Shown here one piece after another: positions 27,355 through 36,578 of a stretch of 64,000 bases of DNA. The DNA is taken from positions 160,001 to 224,000 of the forward strand of contig CBDCVK010000005.1 of NCBI GenBank assembly GCA_965223005.1. The letters run 5' to 3'. A program made the position numbers and the translations under genes. The DNA comes from Terriglobia bacterium (GTDB taxonomy: Bacteria; Acidobacteriota; Terriglobia; JAJPHL01; JAPKYU01). A model generated the notes under the pieces. That model saw only the letters and a program-made list of their open reading frames with translations, searched no databases and had not been told where the DNA came from. Each line of letters begins with the position of its first letter. Position 1 is the first letter of the stretch.

Positions 27355-27520
27355 CGAGGCCCGCGGAAGTGCACTGCCTTCAACCCAGAGGGCCGGGATA
27401 CTCACCCCCCAGCACACCGGGGTCTTCGCCTGCGATGCGCCGCAGCATCTCCTGGCAGCGCTGTCAACTTCCCACCGGTCCCCTTGCCCACTGCCTACCG
27501 CCTGGGGCCCGGCGGCGGCG

Positions 27521-27529
27521 TGCTATAAT
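27521..27529 (+). promoter_or_regulatory. Extended -10 promoter of ssrA
   Basis: TGCTATAAT ending 15 nt before the mature tmRNA 5' end. Confidence 0.7.
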
Positions 27530-27543
27530 CAAATTGAACCCGT

Positions 27544-27897
27544 GGGGGCGTCACGGATTCGACGGGATTGAACTGCTGCTAGAAGGCATGCCGGGGTCCA
27601 GGCACCCGAAATCGCTTGGGAACGAACAACTGCCAATAACCAATTGGCTTACGCTGCCTAATTAAAGGTGGCGCGTTACTTGGTGGCCGGCCCGCAGGCC
27701 GCTAGGTGGCGACGACTTTAGCGGGATAGCTGGTCATCCTCGGTCCGTGGGTGGCTGGCGAAATCTATCGGACTAGTCGGCTTAGATTCTTGTCCGTTCT
27801 AATCTGAGCTGGCGAAACCAATCGAACGCGACTAAGCATGTAGGCTTCTGGTTGTAGGCTCTTCCGGACGCGGGTTCGACTCCCGCCGCCTCCACCA
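27544..27897 (+). ncRNA. ssrA: tmRNA; tag peptide ANNQLAYAA* (27632-27661)
   Basis: 5' GGGGGCGTCACGGATTCGAC pairs with 3' GGTTCGACTCCCGCCGCCTCCACCA including the G3.U70 pair; tag reading frame ends in AA. Confidence 0.96.
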
Positions 27898-28172
27898 TTG
27901 TTTCTCATTTAGAATCAATCAATTGACAACAGAGACTCCCAAGCGGAGGGGTAATCCTAGGGGACCCGCTCCGGGACTCTCGCTTTCTCTCCTGCAACCG
28001 ATCGTCGGTCCGCAGTGGTAGCCAATGGTGGCAGGGAGAGACCATGAAGATCTGCGATTGAGCCGACATCGCAGCTGGCGTATGCTTTTGCGCGAAAGGA
28101 AGCTCACATTGGAAACTCCGAGTCATTAGAGGCTCCGGGAGTCTTGGCAGAGCCACCGAGGGGAGGAGGATT

Positions 28173-29609
28173 ATGGAATACCAAATGTTGGTCAATGGAA
28201 CATGGGTTTCAGGCGGCGGAAGCATGCCCGTTTACAATCCCGCCAACGAGGAGGTGGTTGGGACGGTTCCCGTCCCCTCAGAGAGAGACGTCCAGAACGC
28301 TTTAGAAGGAGCCGCGCATGCGCAACGCAGCTGGGCAAGACGGACGGGTGTCGAAAGAGGAGCGGCCCTCAAGCGGTGGTGTGAGTTGGTATTAAAGAAC
28401 AGAGAGCGCTTGGCGCGCATCGTATCCCAGGAGCAGGGCAAGCCTTTATCCGAAGCCTTGGGAGAAGTCGATTTCGGCGCCAGTTGGATTGCCTACTATG
28501 CGGAATTCGATCGCCGGATTGAAGGCGATATATTGCCGTCAGACAATCCGGACGAGCAAATTTGGGTCCTGTCCCAGCCCGTGGGTGTGGTGGTGGGCAT
28601 CATTCCATGGAATTACCCGTCGGCGCTGACAGCCCGGAAAGTGGCTCCAGCCCTCATCGCGGGCAACAGTATTGTGCTCAAGCCCCACGAAGAGACTCCA
28701 CTATCGGCTCTGGAAATGGCAAAACTTGCTGAGGAGGCGGGCGTCCCGGCTGGTGTTTTTAGCGTTGTCACAGGGCCCGGCGAAACGGTGGGTGAAGCCC
28801 TGGTGAAGAGCCCCATTGCTCGACTCGTCACTTTTACGGGCAGCGTCCCGACGGGTAAGCAGATCATGCGCACCGCGGCCGATACGGTTAAGATGGTTTC
28901 GCTTGAAATGGGAGGCAAGGCTCCGTTCATCGTCATGGAGGATGCCAACGTCGATGCCGCGGTGAAGACTGCGGTCTTCTCGCGCTTTTTAAACTGTGGC
29001 CAGGTTTGTATCTGTAATGAGCGCACCTATGTCCACAAGAAAATTGCCGACCAGTTTCTTACTAAATTCCTTGCTGAGGTGAAGCAGTTAAGCGTGGGCG
29101 ATCCGCTCCAACAGGACGTTAAGGTCGGACCCAAGTTCAATCGCGAGGAGCTTGAGAAGGTCGAGCGCTACGTGGAGGAGGCACGAAACAATGGTGCGCG
29201 AATTTTGACTGGAGGAAAGCGGCTCAGCGACGGCGCCTTTTCGCGAGGGCACTGGTACGAGCCCACGGTCGTAACCGACATCCGTCAAGATATGAAAATC
29301 ATGCAGGAGGAGGTCTTCGGCCCCGTGATTCCGGTCATGGAGTTTTCCGACTTCGACGAAGGATTGAAGTTGGCGAATGACTCGCGCTATGGACTGGCAG
29401 CCTACTTCTTTTCAAACGACATGAACCGGATTATGCGCGTAGTTCGGGATCTGGAGTGTGGTGAGCTTTACATCAACCGCGGTCCCGGAGAGTCGATTCA
29501 CGGCTTCCATAGTGGGTGGAAACAGAGCGGGATTGGCGGCGACGATGGGAAATATGGCTTGGAGCACTACTTGCAAAGAAAAACTGTTTACATGAAGTAC
29601 CAATCCTGA
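28173..29609 (+). CDS. NAD-dependent aldehyde dehydrogenase (AldA-like)
   Basis: PWNYP, FTGS, LEMGGK, catalytic GQVCIC, EEVFGP, GWKQSGIGG. Confidence 0.92.
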   Translation: MEYQMLVNGTWVSGGGSMPVYNPANEEVVGTVPVPSERDVQNALEGAAHAQRSWARRTGVERGAALKRWCELVLKNRERLARIVSQEQGKPLSEALGEVDFGASWIAYYAEFDRRIEGDILPSDNPDEQIWVLSQPVGVVVGIIPWNYPSALTARKVAPALIAGNSIVLKPHEETPLSALEMAKLAEEAGVPAGVFSVVTGPGETVGEALVKSPIARLVTFTGSVPTGKQIMRTAADTVKMVSLEMGGKAPFIVMEDANVDAAVKTAVFSRFLNCGQVCICNERTYVHKKIADQFLTKFLAEVKQLSVGDPLQQDVKVGPKFNREELEKVERYVEEARNNGARILTGGKRLSDGAFSRGHWYEPTVVTDIRQDMKIMQEEVFGPVIPVMEFSDFDEGLKLANDSRYGLAAYFFSNDMNRIMRVVRDLECGELYINRGPGESIHGFHSGWKQSGIGGDDGKYGLEHYLQRKTVYMKYQS

Positions 29610-29660
29610 CAACCGCCCCTCCGCAGCTTAAGACTCGTGCTAGACTTAGGGAAGGGGCAC

Positions 29661-30488
29661 ATGTTCCGCCGGGCGACAATCGGGCTGCTGGTGCTGAGCC
29701 TACTGGTGTTGCTGAGCGTGCCGCCCGCTTTGATGGCCGCGCCTCCCGGCCGCCGCGGGTTTCGTGGCCACGGGCATGGCGGCCACGCCTTCAGGCAGGG
29801 CCACATTCGTGGAGGTTTTCGCTTCGGGCGTGTTGGGAGGGGGTTCACTCACTTTCGTGGCTTCGGTCACATCCGCCGTGGCGGATTCGGCTTCGGTTTC
29901 CGCACGCGCCACATCGGCTCTCCTCTCAGAATTCGTTCCGCTCACCCCCGCTCCCTTCGCGGGCCCCGGATTTACGGCTACCCGTACGGGTATGCTTATC
30001 CCTACGGGTCCTACTACGGCTACGGTTACGGGCTCGGCTCCTATGGCCTGGGCGGCGTGGCCGCCGTCGGCGTGCCGGTCATAGGGGGCTACGCCTCGGG
30101 CGCTCCGCCGCCGACGGTCATCATCATCCAGGAAGGGCCACAGAGACCGTCAGTCCACATGCCGGCGCCGCAGGCGCCGTACGAGCAACGCGGTGCGAGC
30201 CGACCACCGTCCGAGCGGCCCGACCGGCGTGAGCAGGAGGTTGGTCGCAGGTACCAAACCCGCCCGCCCCCTGTCCCGCCGGAACCCGTCCAGCCTCAAA
30301 CGTTGCTGGTCTTCAAGGACCGCTCTGTCTACTCGGTCGCCGAATACTGGAAAACGGGCGACCAGCTCTGCTTCCTCAACAGCTACGGGGTCGGCAAATG
30401 CGTCCCCGTGGACCAACTCGATCTGGCCTTCACCAAGGAGCTGAACCAAGGGCGCAACCTGAAGCTTGAGTTGAAGGGACCGCAGTAG
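29661..30488 (+). CDS. Exported Gly/Arg/Tyr-rich low-complexity protein with a small C-terminal domain
   Basis: Signal peptide, RGF/GH repeats, YPYG repeats, Pro-rich linker, C-terminal LVFKD...YW...LDL domain. Confidence 0.75.
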   Translation: MFRRATIGLLVLSLLVLLSVPPALMAAPPGRRGFRGHGHGGHAFRQGHIRGGFRFGRVGRGFTHFRGFGHIRRGGFGFGFRTRHIGSPLRIRSAHPRSLRGPRIYGYPYGYAYPYGSYYGYGYGLGSYGLGGVAAVGVPVIGGYASGAPPPTVIIIQEGPQRPSVHMPAPQAPYEQRGASRPPSERPDRREQEVGRRYQTRPPPVPPEPVQPQTLLVFKDRSVYSVAEYWKTGDQLCFLNSYGVGKCVPVDQLDLAFTKELNQGRNLKLELKGPQ

Positions 30489-30680
30489 CAGATCGCCTCC
30501 CCTAAGCTTCGGGTCGCGCAAACCTATGCAGGCGTGGGCATGCTTCCTGACGGGCTCGGCCCAACAAGTTGTAGAAGCCTGGTAGGCCGTGCCGCGGTGG
30601 AAAAGCGGGACACCTTCCGGTATCTTTTTCGCTCAAAGTAGAACCGGCTAGCTCAACGTAGCGCCCGGCGCTACGATCCT

Positions 30681-32978
30681 ATGGATACGAGTCGCCTCAA
30701 CCGGTATGTGGTCCTGGCGCTTTCTGTGCTGGCGTTGCTGTATGCGGCGCTGGCGGGCCTGCGCACTGTCGGCGATCTTGACATTGGCTGGCAGATGGCC
30801 ACCGGCCGCTACCTGGTCGAGCACCAGCAAGTTCCCTACCACGAGGTCTTCACCTACACCGCTCGCGGCCAGGAGTGGATCTACCCGCCCTTCTCCGGGC
30901 TGTTCTTCTACGGGCTGTACTCATTCGGTGGCTTCAGCATCCTGAGTTGGTTTTGCGCCGCGTCCTGCGCCGGTGTCGTGGCGCTGCTGCTGCGCGGCGC
31001 CAGCCTCGCCGGCCTGCCACATTGGCCGGCGCTGGCCCCGGCTCTGGCTATCGTGGCCGTGCCGGCGATTGCCTTGCGGGCCGCTCCGCGGGCCGACCTG
31101 TTCAGCACCGTCTTGTTCACCGCCTTCCTCAGCCTGCTGTGGCAGCAGTTCCGTCGAGGCCGCGCTCCCCTGTGGCTGCTGCCTCTGCTGATGCTGGCCT
31201 GGGTGAACCTGCACCTGGGATTCGCCGCCGGGTTGTTGGCGATTGCTGCCTATCTCTTGCTGGAGTTGCTGGAACTGCCCTTTGCCGAGCGGCGCGCCGC
31301 CGCGCTGGCGCGCCTGCGGCAATCGGCGGTATGGCCGGTGGCGACCGTTGCAGCCACCTTGGTCAATCCCTGGGGACCTGGCATCTATGCCGGATTGGTG
31401 CAGCAGGACCAGGTCTTGAAAGCCGTGGGTCCGTTCATCGGCTACTGGCGGAGCACGCCGCTTTCGCTGGCGGCCGCGGCCCAGGCACTGGCCTGGCGAA
31501 GCCCCGAAAGCGGCTACTGGTGGCTGCTGCTGGTCGGGCTGGTGCTCGGCGGCCTATCGGCATGGCGCAGGCAGTTCGGTGCAGCACTGGTTCTGGCCGG
31601 CGCGGTCGCGCTTTCCCTGAGCTATATCCGCTTCCAGGGACTGCTGGCGATCGTGGTGGTCCTTACAGCAGGCTGGCTGTGGCCTTTGCTCTTTCCGCGC
31701 CGGGTGGGCCAGGAAGGCCAGGCCGAGCGATGGCATCCGCGTCTGGCAACCGGCCTGACGCTCGCCCTGCTGGCGGCCATGGTGTCACTGGTTGGGTTCC
31801 GCGTCTCGGACCTGGTCTCGAACCGATACTACCTGTCCCGCGGCGATACTTCCGTCTTCGGCCCCGGCGTTTCCGGCTGGTTCCCGGAGCGGGCGACGTC
31901 CTTCATCCTTCGCGAGCGGCCCCCGGGACAGGTGTTTAACGACTACAACCTGGGTGGCTATCTCATCTGGCGCCTCGGCCCCTACTACCCGGTCTACTTC
32001 GATGGCCGCGCCATCCCGTTTGGAGTGGACCACTTTTTCCGCCTGCGCACGCTGATGAACAGATCCCCCGATTCGCGCGAATGGCAGCGGGAGGCGGACC
32101 GCTATGGCATCAACACGCTGATGTTTTCCCTGGCCCGCTCCATTGGGATGGGCGGCCTGTCGCTGCGCCAGCTCTGTGACAGCCCGTCGTGGCGGCCTGT
32201 CTACCTGGACGAGGTGGCCGTCGTGCTGCTTCGCAACCGCGAGGAAAACGCGCGCTGGTTGGAGCGCCTTGAAATCAACTGTGACCACGTCGAGCTCCAG
32301 CCGCCCCGCACCAACAAGAAAGCGGAGTTGTTTGACTTCTATGCCAATGCTGCCGGGGTCTTCTACAGGCTGGGACGCTACGGCGCGGCCTTCGAGGCCG
32401 TGGAGCGCGCCCACCAAATCTTCCCGCACGACCCCAACTTGTACCTGCTCCGGGCACAGCTTCTCGAAGCTGCCGACCGGCTTCCGGAAGCTAGGCAGCA
32501 GTTGAGGGCATCGTTGGAACTGAGAGAAACCGAAGCAGGCTGGGCGGCACTGGGGCGGACGCACGCGCTCGAAGGGCAGTATCCGCGGTCCGCCCGAGCC
32601 TTCCGGCGCGCGGCATTGCTTTCCTTCCACCCCTACTACCACTACCTAACTTTGGGGAAGCTCTACCTGGCTATGGATCAGGATAGCCAGGCGCTCGAAG
32701 CCTTCGAGGACGCGGAACGTCTGAGTCCCTTTGGCAGCAGAACTGATGTGCCCGCAGCCGCTTTTCTGGCCCAAGTGGCCGCCGGTCGCGCCCAGGCCTG
32801 GAGCAGGCTGGGCGACGGCACTCGCGCCCTGGCCTCCCAGGAAAGGGCTACTCGGCTCACACCCCAGGATCCTGTGCTCTGGTTGAAGCTGGCCGAGCTA
32901 TACCAGGCGCTGGGCCGCGAGGAGAGTGCGCGCCAGGCGCGCGCACGCGCCGAGCAGCTCAACCAAAGCATCAAATGA
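30681..32978 (+). CDS. Multi-TM + TPR putative GT-C glycosyltransferase; paralogue of 8721-11012
   Basis: GLRTVGD.D.GWQ.ATGRY, YTARGQEWIYPPFSG, APRADLFST, NLHLGF, PERAT.F.LRER and WRPVYLDEVA are shared with 8721-11012. Confidence 0.72.
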   Translation: MDTSRLNRYVVLALSVLALLYAALAGLRTVGDLDIGWQMATGRYLVEHQQVPYHEVFTYTARGQEWIYPPFSGLFFYGLYSFGGFSILSWFCAASCAGVVALLLRGASLAGLPHWPALAPALAIVAVPAIALRAAPRADLFSTVLFTAFLSLLWQQFRRGRAPLWLLPLLMLAWVNLHLGFAAGLLAIAAYLLLELLELPFAERRAAALARLRQSAVWPVATVAATLVNPWGPGIYAGLVQQDQVLKAVGPFIGYWRSTPLSLAAAAQALAWRSPESGYWWLLLVGLVLGGLSAWRRQFGAALVLAGAVALSLSYIRFQGLLAIVVVLTAGWLWPLLFPRRVGQEGQAERWHPRLATGLTLALLAAMVSLVGFRVSDLVSNRYYLSRGDTSVFGPGVSGWFPERATSFILRERPPGQVFNDYNLGGYLIWRLGPYYPVYFDGRAIPFGVDHFFRLRTLMNRSPDSREWQREADRYGINTLMFSLARSIGMGGLSLRQLCDSPSWRPVYLDEVAVVLLRNREENARWLERLEINCDHVELQPPRTNKKAELFDFYANAAGVFYRLGRYGAAFEAVERAHQIFPHDPNLYLLRAQLLEAADRLPEARQQLRASLELRETEAGWAALGRTHALEGQYPRSARAFRRAALLSFHPYYHYLTLGKLYLAMDQDSQALEAFEDAERLSPFGSRTDVPAAAFLAQVAAGRAQAWSRLGDGTRALASQERATRLTPQDPVLWLKLAELYQALGREESARQARARAEQLNQSIK

Positions 32979-33013
32979 TTTCCGTAAGTATCTGCTCTGC
33001 CTGGAAGTAGTAT

Positions 33014-34048
33014 TCAGGTAATGGAGCCGGCGCAGGAGGAGCCGCTGCCGGCCGTGCAGCCGTAGCAATGCATCCCGGTGAGGATGCGGCGGCCAGCCAG
33101 CTTCACCGGATCGAAGTCGCGGATGTGGCGAGGGTAGGCTTGCTGCAGGGGCAGCTCCAGCATCTGGTTGAAGTCGCAGTCGTAGAGAGTGCCATCCCAG
33201 CCCACCGAAAGCGTGAAGCGGCACATCACCCCGGCGGCAGCACCCGGGTTGTAGGCGTTGATCAGCCGCTGCATGTAGCCGACGTAGTTGCCGGTGCGCA
33301 GCAAGAACTCCAGGAAGCGGCTGATGGGCATGTTGGTGATGGTGTACAGGTTGTTGAAGACGACGCCGTGGCGCCGCTCCAGCTCCCGTTTGTAGTCGCC
33401 CTCCACTGCCTGCTGAGCCGGCGGCAGGTAGGCGCCCACAGGGTTGTAAACCAGGTTCAACTGCAGCTGCGGGTCGCGCCCGTAGCCCAGTGCGTTCAGC
33501 TTGCGCATCGCCTCCATCGACTTGTCGAACACGCCCACACCGCGCTGTGCGTCGGTCCGCTCAGCCAGGAAATAGGGCAGGCTGGCGATCACCTCCACCT
33601 CGTTGTTAGCAAGGAACTCAGCCAGGCCCTCCTGCGAGGGCAGCAGCAGCACCGTCAGGTTGCAACGGTCTATGACGTGGCGCCCCAGCACCCGGGCCTG
33701 CTGGACCAACCAGCGGAAGTCAGGATTCAATTCCGGGGCGCCGCCGGTGATGTCCACGGTGGGAATGTCGGTGCCCTCCAGCGCCGCCACGCACAACTCC
33801 ATGGTCTGGCGCGTCATCACCTCGCGCCGGTCCGGCCCCGCGTCCACGTGGCAGTGCTTGCAGGTCTGGTTGCAAAGCTTGCCCACGTTGATCTGGAAGA
33901 CGGTGATTCCGGTGGCGGTCAGTGGGGCCAGGCCGGAGCTTGCCAGGGACGCCTCGAAGGGCTGCAGCCCATTCGGGGTGTTGAGAACGCGCAGTTGCTC
34001 CTGCGCGGAAGCCAGCGCGTCGCCCTGCGCGTGTAAGCTCAGACCCAT
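33014..34048 (-). CDS. arsS: ArsS-family radical SAM/Cys-rich protein
   Basis: QINVGKLCNQTCKHCHVDAGP, DITGGAPE, YDCDFNQML, HCYGCTAGSGSSC. Confidence 0.85.
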   Translation of the reverse strand: MGLSLHAQGDALASAQEQLRVLNTPNGLQPFEASLASSGLAPLTATGITVFQINVGKLCNQTCKHCHVDAGPDRREVMTRQTMELCVAALEGTDIPTVDITGGAPELNPDFRWLVQQARVLGRHVIDRCNLTVLLLPSQEGLAEFLANNEVEVIASLPYFLAERTDAQRGVGVFDKSMEAMRKLNALGYGRDPQLQLNLVYNPVGAYLPPAQQAVEGDYKRELERRHGVVFNNLYTITNMPISRFLEFLLRTGNYVGYMQRLINAYNPGAAAGVMCRFTLSVGWDGTLYDCDFNQMLELPLQQAYPRHIRDFDPVKLAGRRILTGMHCYGCTAGSGSSCAGSIT

Positions 34049-34207
34049 AGCCCAGGCCCCCTTCCTCTGCTGAGATTAGCGCAATCCCAAAAGGGATGCA
34101 TTCTTTTCTTGCGCAGGCGCCGCATTTCCATCTCCCCGCTTGACGAACGCTGGTGTCTCACACACAATCAGGGCGTTGTTCCCTCCGACAGCACTGCAGG
34201 GGCCTTC

Positions 34208-36229
34208 ATGGCCAAGCTGAAGATCCAGGAGCTACACCCAACCGCGTTCGCCGCGATGCTGGGCGGCGCTGTGGCCGTGCTGTTTTGCGTCCTGCACCTT
34301 ACGGACGCCCTGATGCCGCTCGAGCGTACAGCCTACGACTGGCGCTTCCGCCAGCTGGCCCGGCCCGAATTAGCAAGCAAGGATGTGGTCATCATCGCGT
34401 TGGACAATGTGAGCTTCGAGTCGCCAGAGATGCTCAAGAATTTCGGTCGCTGGCCCTGGCGCCGCAGGCTATACCCGCAACTGCTGTGGTACCTGCGACA
34501 GGCCCAGGCCCGGGCCATCGCCATTGACGTGACCTTTGCCGGAGCAGACGCTCACGAGGGTGACGACGAGCTATTCGCCCAATTTCTCGGTGAGCGGGAC
34601 GATACCGTATTGGCCTTCTCCTTTACGCGTCTTCAAAATACCGAAGCAGCGAAACACCCCGATCTACAGCCGAACGAATGGAGTGTGGCAAACGCGGCTT
34701 GCGGACCGGCAATGGAATACACGGGACTGGAGATTTCTCTCACTAAGTTGAACCAGAAGGCGCGCGGTCTGGGGTGCATCACCGTGAGGCCAGACGCCGA
34801 CGGCGTCTTGCGCCGGGCATCACTATTGTTCCGCTATGGGGACGCTCATTACCCTGCACTCGCGCTGGCTGTGGCTGCCCCATTTCTGGATTCCCCGCCG
34901 AACCCATTGCACGACCGGCGGGCAGAATTCCTCTGCGGCGGCCCGCTCCGCTCCGGGAAGCTCCGACTCGGCACGCTCGAAATTCCCGTCGAACAGCCGA
35001 ACGGTAAGGCGCTAGTGTACTGGTATGGCCCCGAAAACACCTTTCGGCATTACCCGGTGTACCAGATTTTCAATTCTGCTCTGGCGCTCGATCAGGGGGC
35101 GCCGCCGGCGGTGGCGCTGTCGGAATTCAACGACCGGATTGTACTTATCGGGCCGACGGCGATCAGCCTAGCCGATTTCCGCCCGTCACCCTTCTCGCCG
35201 AATCTGCCTGGAGTGGAATACCACGCCACACTAATCAGTAATCTGCTCCAAGGGCATTTCGTCCGTCCGGCGGGAGACGCCTGGGCTATGCTGGCCATCG
35301 TGCTGTTGTCGCTGGGGACTTCACTTGCCGTGTGGCGCTTCACCGACTGGCGTGCCTATACGGCGGCAGCGGTGGGGCTGGCCCTTGGCTTCCTGGCTCT
35401 CAACTTCCTGTTGTTCCACGCGGCACGTGTCTCGCTGGTGCTGGTTGCTCCGCTGGCCGCGGCGGCCATCACCTACGGCACCGGCAACCTGACCCGCTAC
35501 GTCACCGAGGGCCGCGAGAAGAAGCGCTACCGCTCGACCCTGATGAAATATGTGTCTCCGCAGATTGTCGAGGCCATGACGGCGGATCGCCGCCTGGCCG
35601 AGCTGCACAACGAAAAGCGTGACCTGACCGTGCTATTCTCTGACGTCCGTGGCTTTACCACCATGTCGGAAAAGATCCCGGTGGACCAGCTGGTGGCCAC
35701 GCTGAACGAGTTCCTCAACGCCATGGTCGAGGTCATTTTCCGCAACCAGGGCACGCTGGGCAAGTTTGTCGGTGACTGCGTGATGGCCTTCTGGGGCGCG
35801 CCACTGCGGCTGGAGAACCACGCCGAGCTTGCGGCGCGCACGGCGTTGCAGATGCAGGCCGCGCTGGAACAACTCAACCAGCGCTGGAAACAGCAGGGCC
35901 GTCCGGAATTGAAGATCGGCGTCGGCATCAACGGCGGCGAGATGATCTTTGGGAATATCGGCTCCGAGCGGCGCATGGACTTCACCGTTATCGGGGATAA
36001 TGTTAATCTGGCGGCACGGCTGGAGAGCGTGACCAAGGAGCTGAAGGCTTCCATCGTGATCAGCGACGCCACCTACCAGCGCATCGCGGACGTGGCCGAG
36101 GTGCGCGATCTGGGAACCATCCATGTGAAAGGCAAGGACGTGCCCATCCACGTCTACGAGCTGCTTGGGATGGCGGGAACGGCACAGAAGGAGAAGGAGG
36201 CATATGCAAGTGCGCAAACTTCCCTCTAG
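34208..36229 (+). CDS. CHASE2-domain adenylate/guanylate cyclase
   Basis: GRWPW, D.DGVLR, PGVEYHA (CHASE2), TM helices, LFSDVRGFT, KFVGD, GDNVNLAARLE, VKGK. Confidence 0.92.
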   Translation: MAKLKIQELHPTAFAAMLGGAVAVLFCVLHLTDALMPLERTAYDWRFRQLARPELASKDVVIIALDNVSFESPEMLKNFGRWPWRRRLYPQLLWYLRQAQARAIAIDVTFAGADAHEGDDELFAQFLGERDDTVLAFSFTRLQNTEAAKHPDLQPNEWSVANAACGPAMEYTGLEISLTKLNQKARGLGCITVRPDADGVLRRASLLFRYGDAHYPALALAVAAPFLDSPPNPLHDRRAEFLCGGPLRSGKLRLGTLEIPVEQPNGKALVYWYGPENTFRHYPVYQIFNSALALDQGAPPAVALSEFNDRIVLIGPTAISLADFRPSPFSPNLPGVEYHATLISNLLQGHFVRPAGDAWAMLAIVLLSLGTSLAVWRFTDWRAYTAAAVGLALGFLALNFLLFHAARVSLVLVAPLAAAAITYGTGNLTRYVTEGREKKRYRSTLMKYVSPQIVEAMTADRRLAELHNEKRDLTVLFSDVRGFTTMSEKIPVDQLVATLNEFLNAMVEVIFRNQGTLGKFVGDCVMAFWGAPLRLENHAELAARTALQMQAALEQLNQRWKQQGRPELKIGVGINGGEMIFGNIGSERRMDFTVIGDNVNLAARLESVTKELKASIVISDATYQRIADVAEVRDLGTIHVKGKDVPIHVYELLGMAGTAQKEKEAYASAQTSL

Positions 36230-36578
36230 GACAGGCTTGGTCCTGGCTTGTATCCTGAGTTTCGCTGTCGCTACGGCTGCCGTTCTAGCCCAGCAGCAGA
36301 AGGGGAAAAAAGAACAGGGACAGAAGGAAGAAAAAAAAGGCGGCGGTCTGTTCGCTGGATTCACAAAAGCTACCGAAAGAGGCGAGCAAAGAGAGGCCAC
36401 TGTGTCGGCCGGCGCCAAGGGCGTGGGCGAAGGCAAAGAAATCGGCAAGTCGCCGGTGAGCTCTGACGCCCGTACTCGGGTCGCAGCTATGGAAGCGGCC
36501 AAGCCCAGCGAGGAAGAAATGGAGGCCTTCCTCAAGGAAGGCAATCTTTCTCCACCGAGCAAAGGAGGGAGCTCATGA
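36204..36578 (+). CDS. Small secreted hypothetical protein
   Basis: AAGGAGG RBS, signal peptide ...AVLA|QQ, C-terminal EEMEAFLKEGNL; overlaps both neighbouring genes. Confidence 0.75.
   Translation: MQVRKLPSRTGLVLACILSFAVATAAVLAQQQKGKKEQGQKEEKKGGGLFAGFTKATERGEQREATVSAGAKGVGEGKEIGKSPVSSDARTRVAAMEAAKPSEEEMEAFLKEGNLSPPSKGGSS

Noticed and set aside
27870-30600. Intact integrative element or prophage at tmRNA (or at tRNA-Pro)
   Set aside because: No integrase and no duplicated 3' end of either RNA was found by eye.
33014-33040. Selenocysteine in the ArsS C-terminal SSxG motif
   Set aside because: The codon is TGC (Cys); the TGA is a normal stop several codons later.
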